Assembly: GCA_951406725.2 (NCBI GenBank)
Contig: OX597815.1
Location: forward strand, 87,606,001 to 87,670,000
Length of the DNA: 64,000 nt
Reading direction: 5' to 3'
Source: Octopus vulgaris
Lineage: Eukaryota
Positions within the stretch are counted from its first letter, which is position 1, and every line of letters starts with the position of its first letter. The notes under the pieces were generated by a model. It searched no databases and was not told the origin of the DNA. It saw nothing but the letters and a program-made list of their open reading frames with translations. Shown one piece after another: positions 1-12,520 of this stretch. The translations under genes were made by a program, and so were the position numbers.

Positions 1-166
1 CCTTGGAAGAGAGATGAAAGGCAAAAGGTAATGCTGGTAAGATTTGAACGTCAACATACAAGGATGAAAATTTTGAACAACAAAATATGGTGAAGAAGAA
101 TGTTTTGTTCAAATTTCTGTTGCTTTGCCACCTTTGATCACTTATATAAATATGAAGACATATAAA

Positions 167-2385
167 CATCATCATCACTGTTTAATGTCCGTTTTCCATG
201 CTAGCATGGATTGGATGGTTCGACTGAGGTCTGAGAAGCCAGGAGGCTGCACCAGGCTCCAATCTGATTTGGCAGTATTTCTATAGCTGGATGCCCTTCC
301 TAATGCCAACCACTCCATGAGTGTAGTGGGTGCTTTTTACGTGCCACCAGCACAAGGGCCAGAGAATGCTGGAAACGGCCACGATCGGTTGGTGCTTTTT
401 ACATGCCACAAGCATGGAAGCCAGTCAAGGCGGCGCTAGCATTGGCCACGTTCAGATGGTGCTTTTTACGTGCCACTGGCACAAGTATCACAACTACAAT
501 TTCCATTTGATTTTCATTTTATGTTGATGTACTTGACTCAATAGGTCTCCTCAAGCACAGCAGGTCACCCTACGATCCAAGGTACTTTTGAATGGGCTGG
601 GACTGGTTATGCAAAACTGGTGTAGGATACAGCCGTGAACTCACTTTAGTTGCCGGGTCTTCGCAGTCACAGCATATCTCTAGAGGTCTTGGTCTTTCGT
701 CATTGACTCTGTGAGGCCCAACGTTTGAAGGTCATGCTTCACCACCTCATCCCATGTCTTCCTGGGTCTACCTCTACTCCAGATTCCTTCAACTGTTTGA
801 GAGTGGCACTTATTCACACAGCTCTCCTCATCCATCCGTAGTACATGACCATACCAGCGCAAACGTCTCTCTTGCACGCCACATCCTATGCTTCTTATGT
901 CTAACATTTCTCTCAGGGCACTTACACTCTGTTGTGTGTGCACACTGACATTACACATCCAGCAGATCATGCTAGCTTCATTTCTTTTGAATCTACGCAT
1001 GTCTTCCACAGTCATGGCCCATGTTTCACTGTCATGAAGCATGGTAGTTTGTACACATGCATCGTACAATCTACCTTTCACTCTGAGCAGGGTAAAAGCT
1101 TTCTAAACTTTGCCCAGGCTATTCTTATTCTAGTGGTAACACTCTCTGAGCATCCACCCCTACTACTAATTTGGTCACCTAGGTGGCGGATGCTATCAAC
1201 TACTTCTAGTTTCTCCCCCTGGAGTGTGATGGAATCTGTTTTCTGAGCATCTGTGGTGTTTATTGCTCCTGTGCATCTGCCGCACACAAAAGCTATCTTC
1301 TTGGTTAATCTTCCTTTGATGTTGCTGCACCTCTTATGTGTCCATAGCTTACACTGGGTATATCTTATGGAGTTTCTACCTACACCTTTTCCACACATCG
1401 AGCAGTGCCACCTATCTGAGGGTGTGTGTGATGTGTTTGCTTTCCTACTCACTAGAACTTTAGTCTTTACTATATTGACTCTAAGGCCTTTTGATTTTAA
1501 ACCTTGCTTCCACACCCGAAATTTCTTTTCTAGTTCTGGTAGTAATTCTGCTATGAGGGCAACCTGTCTTGAATTCCTCTGTTATTGCCTGGAGGACTAT
1601 GATGAATAAAAGGGGACTGAGGGCTGAACCTTGGTGAACCTCTACTTCTACCTGGAATTCTTCACTATACTCATTGCCAATCCTAACTTTACTAACGGCA
1701 TCTCTGTAAAGGGCCTGTACAGCCCTTATTAACCATTCGTCAATCCCCAGATTCTGCATTGCCCACCAGGTAAGAGATTGGGGGACACTGTCAAAGGCCA
1801 TCTCCAAAAGTTAAGTATGGGGGTTTATCTTTAGCTAGGTATTTCTCCTGCAGTTGTCAAACCAGGAATATGACATCAGTGGTGCTTCTACCTGGCATAA
1901 AACTGAGCTGCATCTCATCTAAGAAGACTCTCTCCCTAATGAGTTGGGCTATGACCCTCTCCATGACCTTCATCACCTGATCTAGCAGTTTGATACCCCT
2001 GTAGTTATTTCTATCTAAAGAATCACCTTTACCCTTGTAGAAGTTGATTATGATGCTGCAATGCCAGTCATGGGTATGATTCTATCATGAACCACCTGGT
2101 TTACAATGCAAGTGACAAGGCCATAGCCCACACCACCAGATGTTTTAAGCATCTCAGCAGTGATTCCTGATGGGCCAGGGGCTTTTCCTGGCTTCATACC
2201 CTTAATTGCTTTATCTACAAGGGAGCTGTCTATTCAGATAGCTGGTCCTTCTACTGGGTCAACATTTGGCAGGCCCTCCTCCTCCTATTCATTCTCCACA
2301 TTCAGCAGTATTTCCTAATGGCTTCTCCAAGCCTCTTTCTTTTCTGAATCATTAAAAGCAAGTGCACCGACATCCTAGGCACATA
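167..2385 (-). mobile_element. 5'-truncated, frameshifted RTE-clade LINE (RT domain, 3' UTR, (GAT)n tail)
   Basis: ORF pieces 1481..1807, 1078..1515 and 680..1081 carry RT motifs (AFDSVP, QGSALSPLLFIIV, RLRWYGHVLRM, RGRPRKTW). The 3' end is CATGGAAAACGGACATTAAAC..(GAT)n. Confidence 0.9.
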
Positions 2386-2557
2386 CATGCACACAACTAT
2401 TTTTAATTTAGTTGTTCACATATTGTTGTCTTGTGAGCCAGTAAAGACAATACACTTATGTATACATGAAAAAAGACTGCTTAACAATTAGTAATTTGAG
2501 TTTTTAAAAATATAGTTAATAAATAACAGCAAGATAAAATTTTGTACAAGAACTTAC

Positions 2558-2602
2558 CACTGCAATTTGAAAAATATTTGGCCGAGATACATGGAGAGTC
2601 AT
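2558..2602 (-). CDS. AUP1: AUP1 coding exon 7 (45 nt)
   Basis: TTTCAG| acceptor, |GTAAGT donor; MTLHVSRPNIFQIAV (human LTLQVQRP). Confidence 0.83.
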
Positions 2603-5600
2603 CTGAAATTAATTTGAAATTGATTTGTTAGGATAATACCAATTTTAATTTATAATAAAACTGCATTAATTAAAAGTATTAAAAACTGAAAAATCACAAA
2701 AATACTTGTGACTTAAGTATTTAGAAGATATATTAGCTTTGTCATCAGACAGATTACCACTTTTAAAGGCAACTTAATGCATTTTCATTTTTTTTAAGCA
2801 AAATGTTTTGAAAATTAAACAGGAAAGGAAAATAGTTTTACTACTGCTTACAGGTTGTAATGGAAAGTCAAGTGAAAATGGCCAGGTGCTGAAAGTAATG
2901 ACAATAATTTCATTTCAGTTTTCATAAATACATACATACAGATAAAAATAGAAATATCATTTTGAGAAAGACTAATTATGACAAGAATGCTTCTACCAGT
3001 GTATTACATAACAATTATCTAGTTAGAGCCTACTCATATCATATCAAATAAACTATTCTTATACAATCATTCCACATTTAAGATTAATACCCAATAAATA
3101 TAATACCCAAAATTCCTGATGAATGTATAAGATGGAACCCCCTACTGACCACACCTCCAGCAATGTATATACTTTTACATGAAAGTACAGATAGAAGTAT
3201 AACATATACATACTAATTTGTTCTAGCAGATTCGAACACAAATATCTGATCACTCACAGATTCATGTTTTAATTTGCCAGAACATATTAAGAATGAATTG
3301 AAACATTATTGTTTGGGTTCTCAATGTTCTGTTTGCGTCCCATGAATTATTTCATATAGAATTATTTGCTAATAGGCCAGACTCGGATGTTGCCAAAGAA
3401 AAATAATAACACATACAGACATAAAAACAATTACAACACAAAGATAGAAAAAGCAACATACATTATGGAAGAAATAGTTCAAAAACTAATGAGCAAATAA
3501 ATAGAAGTCACTGCTGCCTAGCTGTATTGGCCTTTGCTTTTCTCTTGGAAAACATCAGTGGCATGAAGTGGGGAGGCTGGTATGCATGGGTGACCACTGG
3601 CCTTCTATAAACAACTCTGCTCGGACTTGTGCCTTGGAGGGTAACTTTCTAGGTGCAATCCCATTCATGACCGAAGGGGGTTTCTACCCAAAAGATTAAT
3701 ACACTATAAGGCAAGAGCAAGTGAGAAATCTAAGGGAGAGAATTCTTTCTTATTCTTGTATTTTTTTTTTGTCAGAAGTCATTTCTTAATCTTTATTGTA
3801 TTTTTTTTACAGAAGTCATTTATGAAACATCTTTTGAGATTAATATTATAACTTAATTAAAGTAAGACTATGTAAATAACATACAACAAAAAATTCAGTT
3901 AAAGAATATTTACCAGAATTTTAGTAAGCCATAACGTCCATTAGTAGAACTTCCTTCAGGATGAACTAATAAAGGAATATTGGAACCTGAAAGTGTATAA
4001 AAAATAGTAATAAACTAGTGTGAAAGACTATCAATCATATTATTATTACCCAACAATTGTAGGACTTGTACTTTTGCAACCAACAACAAAAGTTACTGTA
4101 TATAATCATTATAACAGTTGACTATTTTTTAGCAAGAAATCTGAAATTTTTATATATCTTCTGTAAAAGTCAACTCTAGTTCTTCATAAATAATGGAATC
4201 AAGGAATTATCCAATATATAATTGCTACAATGTGAAAATGCTTTTGTTGCTTGTTTGTTTGTTTGTTTGTTTTGTGCTAGCCAATTATTGTGTTTTGATT
4301 GCAAATCAAACAAACATCAGGTTACTAGTTTCTTGAAATTCATTATGGAAGAAGCAAAGTCAGGTACAATGTCTCTTTATTACTAAGCTGACTTCAGTTT
4401 CAGTATAACAGCAATAGAATATAGCTGAAGTTTTACAATTTAGCCATAATCCCGTGTAAATATGCACTCCATAAAAGAGAGGAAATACAGAGCAGCTTTA
4501 AAACTAGAAGTTACTGAAGTTTTCAAAAAGACAAGTAACTGGGTTACGGCAAGAGAATTTTGTGTTTCAGAAAACAAGTGAAAAACTCGAGGTATTAAAT
4601 TTCAGACAAGGTCAAAAAAAGAAAAAAATGTATAAATGAAGAGGTAAACAAGCAAATGTCCACAATTGGAGAAAAATGTTGTACAGTGGGTACTTGAAAA
4701 AAATCATCAAAATGGAAATTGTGTAATTCATGTACTCAAGAAGACCTACACTCCACATCAGAAGTGTTAAGATCAGTCCCTCTGGTGGTATAAAGTCATG
4801 TAAAAGTGTCTGTATGCTGCCCTGTAAAAGCACCTGTGCAGTACTAAATGAAAGCATCTGTGTGGTACCACATAAAAGTGCTCATGTGGTACCATGTAAA
4901 AGCATCCAACACATTCTGTATAGTGGTTGGCATTAGGAAGAGTATCACGCTGTAGGAACCATGCCAAATCAGACTGGAGTCTGGTACAGCTCCCCAGCTT
5001 GCCAGCTCTGATCAAACCACCCAACCCATGCCAGCATGGACGATGGACATTAAATGATGATGATGCAGCCTGCGGAATCCATACATCGAAGGAAGCAAGT
5101 GCTAGATGGTGCACTAGGTTTATGACACAATATGATGTTGGTACTCAAGCAGCAAACTAAGATTGCATAGGAGCTGCCTGTTGACCTACATTATAAGATA
5201 TAACAGTTTCATCTGTTTGTAATCTGAAATCAGCAAGAGGAATACTTCAAGTTATCATCAACTAGGAAAATAGACAAAACACTTATTACTTTTGACATGC
5301 CAGAGAATCAAACTGAACCGAAAAGGAGAGAAAAAAAAAACTAGTATTGATGAGCACCACTGGCTACAAGAAAAGTAAGATTACTTTAATCCTTTCTTGC
5401 ATCACTCTTAGTACTAAGTTTTAAGATAAAAATCCTGCCAAAGGAAAAATTTGCAAAGGAATTGTCATCCATGTGCATTCACAAGGCTGGATGGCTAAGA
5501 GTGGATATAGAAAATGGATAAGGGATGTTTGGGATTTATGAGCTGGTAGACTACAAAAGGAAAAGAGATTTCTTATATAGAATTAGTTTAGAGCATATCT

Positions 5601-8600
5601 AATGGAGAACATTTTGAAAGCCTCTGATTACACAACACTAACATATCTGTAATACTTGGCAGACTTACAAGTGTTTTGCAACCATTAGATATTAGTATCA
5701 ATATGACATTTAAGGCCATGATGAAAATTAAGTGGGATAACAGGATGCATGATGAAGAAAAAACATACATGAAGGGAAGCAGTATGAAGGCAGTATGATC
5801 TGTGAATGGGTTGCTGATTCAAGGAAGGAAATAAAAGCTGACATAATTGTCAAATTATTCAAAAAAGGTGGAGTTTCAAATGCATTGGATGTTACAGAAG
5901 ATGATTATCTATGACAAGGATGAAGTAGATGGTGTGCTACCTCTAACACCATATCTTTATGTATTGCAAGAGACGACTAAATGGGATAACATCAAGAAAA
6001 GTATTCAGTTGAGAAATATAGCCTCAAAATGGCCAATCTAACCCATGCCAGTATAGAAAAGCATATATAAAAATGATGATGATGAGAAATATATATGAAA
6101 GTGAAATATAAATAGCTGTCAAGGGATTGGAGGTTTTCACAGATACATTACAATGGAAAAGCAATACTTACTACTACAAAAGCCTTTAACATTGTTCAGA
6201 AAAGATTCTTTGTTTTGCTTGAAACCAAAATCTTTCCAGCCAAGGATCCATTCTAGGGTAGGAAAAAGTTCACACACACTAGGCTACAATGGAAAATTGA
6301 CAAATCAAAATGTAAAATCTAAAAGATTTATCAAATAGAAACAAATAACAGAAAGAAGGAAAAAATATATAAATATGAAGAATAGTTATTATAAAGAATA
6401 TGTGATTATTAAGAATGATATTGATGAAAACCTCTTGTATTGATAAAAATCCAGAGATCAGAGCTTAACTGATTGTGCAAATCCCTGAATCAACTGAAGA
6501 TGTTTACTTTTTGCAGAATTTACAAGAAGCAAACTGTTACTAATAGAAAATATTTCCTAAGTGCATTTTATCACTGTACTTGCTTGAATTATAATCTCAT
6601 TAATATCTGTTCAATGAATAATGAAAATAAGACAATAGCTCAGGACAGGGTTGTGTGATTACAGATCATATAGTCAGGAATACAAACAACGATGTATTGC
6701 TAAGAAAGACACAGGTTTGACTTACACTTGATAGTTGAGCAGATAGCAGGACAACCAGCTGTGAAATCAACAGCTCCAAAAAGAAACTATCTCACCCAAG
6801 CGAGGATAGAAAATGTTGAAATACAAATTTTTAAATTAAAGTGATACACATACACACATTCTCTTCTTATTGAATTTTATCCTTATAAACTGTATCTTCA
6901 ACTTCCTACTTCACAAACAGGTTTCTAATTCATATTTCCATTTCTCCCATCCTCTCCTTTCCATATATGTATAAATATATGTGGGAATTTTTGATATTTC
7001 AGTCTCAGACTCTTGCCTATTTGCTCTCCACTTTCATCTTGATTTCTATTGTTCATAAGATCTATTGGATATATGATATATCATAGTTCTTTTATCTTGA
7101 TTCAAATAAGTTTTAAAATATTCAGTCAAAATGTAACCTTCAGTAATAGCCAAAAATATTTAGCCATTATGTGAATAACAACATCTTAAATGTAGAGTAA
7201 ATTACAAAAATAAGTGAATTATGCTAATAATTTCACAAATTCATTTTAGCAAAGACTGTAATAGTTGAAGAGTAAACTGTCAGCTTGCCAAACACATCAC
7301 CACACTTATTGAGTAGCTACAAATAAAGAAATAAAAATATTGCATTTCTACTAACTTTCTATCTATTTTAAACCTTCCTCCATTACTCCTCAACCTGCTA
7401 ACCTGTTGTTGTGGCTCTCTACCTGCAATAAGTTGGTATCTCTTTTGCTCATTCTCATAAAATAACAGGTATGCCATTTAAAACTGATGTGATGAAGACT
7501 CGAGAGTAGTTACTGATATACAGAAGGATGGAGACCACAGAAAATAAACCTCTTCATGATTGTGGAGAGATAACAATTACTCAATTCCAATTATAGAAAC
7601 CCAAATAAAACAGAAATTAACAAAACAAAAACAGATATTGAATTTAGGTCTTTTAAGTCAACATCAATAGGAAGACTAAAGCCAGAAGAAATATAGAAAA
7701 GAATGTAGTGGTATACTAAAGAATTTATGCCATAAAATCAGTATTATTGTACTTGTCACATGTTATGCATTTAACAATCTTAACTATGGAACAAAATTAA
7801 AGACTTTATGAAACAATGTAATAAGAGCTTTAAATTTATGCATCAAAACAAAAATTTGAACATTTATAAACTGTGGAATTTTCATGGGTTCTGCTAGTTT
7901 CTAGTAATCTTGGGAAATGCACTTAGAAGAAGGAAACAAGTCCCTTTATAAATATCAAAACTATATAAACAATAATACTCGTGTATATTGTTTGACTGAA
8001 TTGGATCTTAAATTTTAACTAGCAACATTTGTCATAAACTAAGCCAAAATTACAATGTTTCAACGTCTGTGAAGCTTAGATTATATTTGGTAATGAACTC
8101 TTGTGATTAGCTCTAGTTTCCCTGACATGAAGTAAATAAATTTAGTATATTGCTCAAATACACACCAAAAATCTAATGTGCTGCTAATCCAGTAACATAC
8201 TCACTAAGCTGTTTTAATTCTAATGTCAACATTTTGGAAAATTGCTACAACAGCTTTATAATAAAAGTATAATCTTTAAACAAAACAACTCAGATGGAGT
8301 GAAAATATGAGCAATCAGCAGGGTATTTGTTCAAAGCTAATCTGAACAGCTAAAGACAATGCACTGTTAAAAGATATATATAAAATTGCCATTGTTGTTG
8401 AATAACCAGCTACAGCCAAGTAAAGGAGAGTTTCAATAAGGGTTGAAAGGTTTGGAAAATGTATCAACTGTGTATGACCTCATATCTGAGGCCTAAGAAT
8501 ATACTCTACCTGTATCAACCTCAGTTTTTATTGGTATATTTTACCTCTACAAATGAAGAACTCTTTCACAGCAACCATATGATATATATATCCCCAAACC

Positions 8601-11600
8601 ACCATAGTCTTGCCCCTTTCCCCACCAAAATAAAGTAAAACAGAGAAATACGTACAAGCAGACTGGGATAGACTAAAGCTGTTGTGAAGTGATCAAACGA
8701 CGAAACGTGGTTGGTAACAATCACTTTAGCTTTTTCATCTCTTCGTTTGTGTTCGTCAACAATAACTATGAAACCAAGTACTGCACACATTACACGCAGA
8801 ATGAAGCTATTGACAATGAAATTCAAAGAAAATACAATTAGATACATAAAATTTTAATATTATTTAGATGTCAATAATAAAAGCAAAAAGATCATTGACA
8901 AAAAGGTTTCTTTTTTTTATTTTAATCTGAGAGTAAATGAAAAAATAATTCTGATATGTAAACATAAGTCTTTAAGAGCCCCATAGGAGCAAGTGCTTAA
9001 TTCCAATTTTGAAGGATTTAAGTGGATAATAGATAAATCTGGTTAAAACTGACATATTTTCAACAAATTCTGATATTGAAATTTTAGATATTTGCATGAA
9101 TTACTGAAGAAAATTTTATTTTTATCAAACAGAGATGATGCCTATTTTAGTTTTGTTACCTGAAATAAGTAGAGAGGTGCAATGTAACATCAGAATGAAT
9201 TTTAAGGTAATATTACATTAAGAGCTGGAACTATTTTTGTTGCCTTCAATAGTATAATCAGAAGAGCAATATTTAGTTACTAAATGTTAACAAAGCACCA
9301 GTCAGTTACTAGGAGTGATCTAATCAAGCCTAGAAATTGGTTTCACTAACAAGTTTCATTCAGGTCTGCAAAGTTATGTCCCAAAGACACTTTGGGATCA
9401 AAATTGTAATTTATATAAACAAGGCACTTATTAAAAATCTTACCAACCCTTTAGCCCATTCTACTGGTTCATCCAGCAGTGTCTAACTGCTTCAGAAAAC
9501 CTAAATGAGCAAGTGAGTACAACTTTTAATTAATGATCAAGTGATTAAAATTAAGAATTACAGGAAAGTATAAAACAAACGCTTTAGTAATTCACAACTA
9601 TAAATCCTTCTCCTCTATTATGATACAATATATCTCTTAACACACTGGGTTGGAAAGTCTGAAACTTTTTTTTCTTTTCTTGTACTTCACTAACATCTAC
9701 CCACAGGTCTTTAATTCAGTACTGCAAACTAATGAATATTCATCCTAGCTGTTACCAGTTCCACTCTGGGGTACATATTTATGAACATTTTAAAATTAAA
9801 AGACCTGGTGATTGAACCAAGAGAAGCGAACTTTTTGACTTGGCATTTCAATTATTTGACTAGTCATGCTCTAATAACATTTATATGCAGCTTTATAACT
9901 GACAAGGAACTGTACAAATGATATATACACAAATGTATATATAATGGTTTTCATACAGTATTCAAGATATAAAAATGACTAGTAAATGTTATTTTGCAGA
10001 AGTAGGCCAATTGTGTCCAACATGAGTACAATCACTATTGAAACACTTGTATGCTTGAAGTTGAGAACTAATACATCTACCCCAAGTCCCTGTGTATAAA
10101 TAGGATTATAATAGCAAGACTTACCTACGCACTGGTGAAAACTTTGGTAAGATGCATGATACTAAAAGAGTTTGCAAACCAATAAAGAATCGGACAACAG
10201 CAAGAAGAAAACCAATAGGAAAATAAACAATAATTGGGATTAGAGCTAGCCCTTCAGGTAACCTGAAATAGAAAAATTAAAATATATTCAAATATAAAGC
10301 AAAATTATGCAGTTTTGATTACATTGGTATTTACAAAAACAAAAGACTAACATCATCATTATTTAACATCTGTTTGCATGCTGGCATGGGTTAGGCAGCT
10401 TGACTGGAACTGGTAAGCCAGAGAGCTGCACTAGGCTCCGGTCTGTTTTGGTTTGGTTTCTATGGCTGGATGCCCTTCCTAATGCAAACCACTCCATTGA
10501 GTATACTGGATGCCTCTTGCGTGTCACTGGCAACGACTACAATTCATTTAGCTTGATATGTTTTCCTAAGCACAGTAAGTCATTAAAAGTCAGAGTCATT
10601 GCCTCCATGAGACTTAACATCCAAAGATCATATTTCCCTAATTGTATTTTTTTCACTATAGGGTTTAAGACTTTTGGGGCTTAAAGTGTAATTAAGAGTA
10701 TCTTAAAAGAGAAGAAAATGAAAGGTATTATTTTGCTTAGTTAATAAATTGATTCTTTTATAGTAGTTGTATTATAGATGATGAACGAAAAACCATCCTG
10801 AAATATGCTCATGTAAAGTGATGCTACAAATGCATTATGTTTGTTTAGGAAATGGAAACAAAGAACTCAATGTACCATTTTCTGTAAGTTATAGCAGATA
10901 AGAATTATAGAAGACATATATAGCTTGATGCTAGGAGCATTGAATCATGGGTATTGTACTTGCAATTATTAAGGGAAAGGACAACCAAATAATTAGAATT
11001 TAAATTCTTCATGATAATGATATCAACCAAAGTAACGAGAGAGGGAGGGACGAAAAAGAGAGGGATGAAAGAAGAGAAGGTGAGAGGAGAGGGAGAAGAG
11101 AGGGAGAGGAGAGAGAAGAGGAGAAGAAAGATGGAGGGGAGGGTAAGAGGAGAGGATGGAGTACAACATTAGTGACCAAAAAGAGAGTATCATCATTCCA
11201 TAAAACAAGATAATATCCCAATGAAATATTCTTTGCAATTACTGTTATTTTCTCTTAGTTTGGAGGTCCAACATAGAATATGAAGTTACTTCATACTGAG
11301 TCGGTTCAGAGAATATATATCATCATCACCATTTAATGTTCATTTCTCCACACTAGCATAGATTGAATATGAGAAACTATAGTATATATTATAAATCAAG
11401 GGTATAAGAAACCGTCACTGAAGAAAGCCCTAAATGGATTCTTCATCAACACAGCAGTGAGGTTGCATATCTTACCCCTAAATATAAACTTTAGGTTCTC
11501 TCCATCATCACTTCTTATAATCTATAATCTGTAACAATATTTCACTTGGTACCTATTTGCATGAACATGTAATATTTTATTATTTGCTTTCTATGATGAT

Positions 11601-12471
11601 ATTTTTAAACTGAATTTTGTGGGTTAATTGCCCTCAGTTAAGCAAATGAATGAACAGAGGGACTAAGCTGTGTCATCATCATCATTTTAATGTCCACTTT
11701 TCCATGCTCACATGCATCAGATGGAAATTATCGAGGCAGATTTTCTATGGCTGGATACTCTTTCCATAGTCAGCCCCCAACCTCTTTCCAAGCTATGTAG
11801 CAAAGTAATATTTCCTCATGACCAGACATGTTTTCATGGGAGGTTGGAAACAAAGGACACTGCTTGCATGATGGTGACACTCATTTCCAAATATTGCATG
11901 ATGCCAAGGTAAGGAGACAGTATCACACACACATAAGCTTCTTTCAGTTTCCATCTATCAAATCTACTCACAAGGCTTTGGGTGACTGAGGGTTATAGCA
12001 TAAGACATTTTCCCAAGTTATATGTGGCTGCATAATCTGTTTACCCAGAGCATAAAGCTGAGTAGAAAACTAAGAAACATGTTCTTTTTTATAAAATCAT
12101 CATTTAATGTCCATTGTCCATGCTGGCAGGGGTTGGATGGTTTGACCAGGGCTGGCAAGCTGGAAGGCTGCCTCAGACCCCAGTCTGATATGGCATGGTT
12201 TTCTACAGCTGGATGCCCTTCCTAACGCCAACCACTCTGAGAGTGCAATGGGTGCTTTTGCATGCCACCAGTATCTGCCACATGACAAGTACAATAATGT
12301 TAAAGAAGGAAACAATGAGAAATGTATAAAAAGAGTAGAATAAATTAATTACATTTAAGATGACAGTTGCAATTTTAAACTAGTACAATGTAAAATACAT
12401 AATCTGGTGCACAATCTATGAAGGAACAGATAAACATTTTGTTGAATAGCTACACATACATATATTCGTAA

Positions 12472-12520
<49 letters not shown>

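Noticed and set aside
8205-8244. 40-nt minus-strand segment with TAG acceptor and GTGAGT donor, phase-compatible as AUP1 exon 4 (QFSKMLTLELKQL)
   Set aside because: No resemblance to AUP1; 6283-6172 has the right length, phase and sequence. It could only be a cryptic exon.
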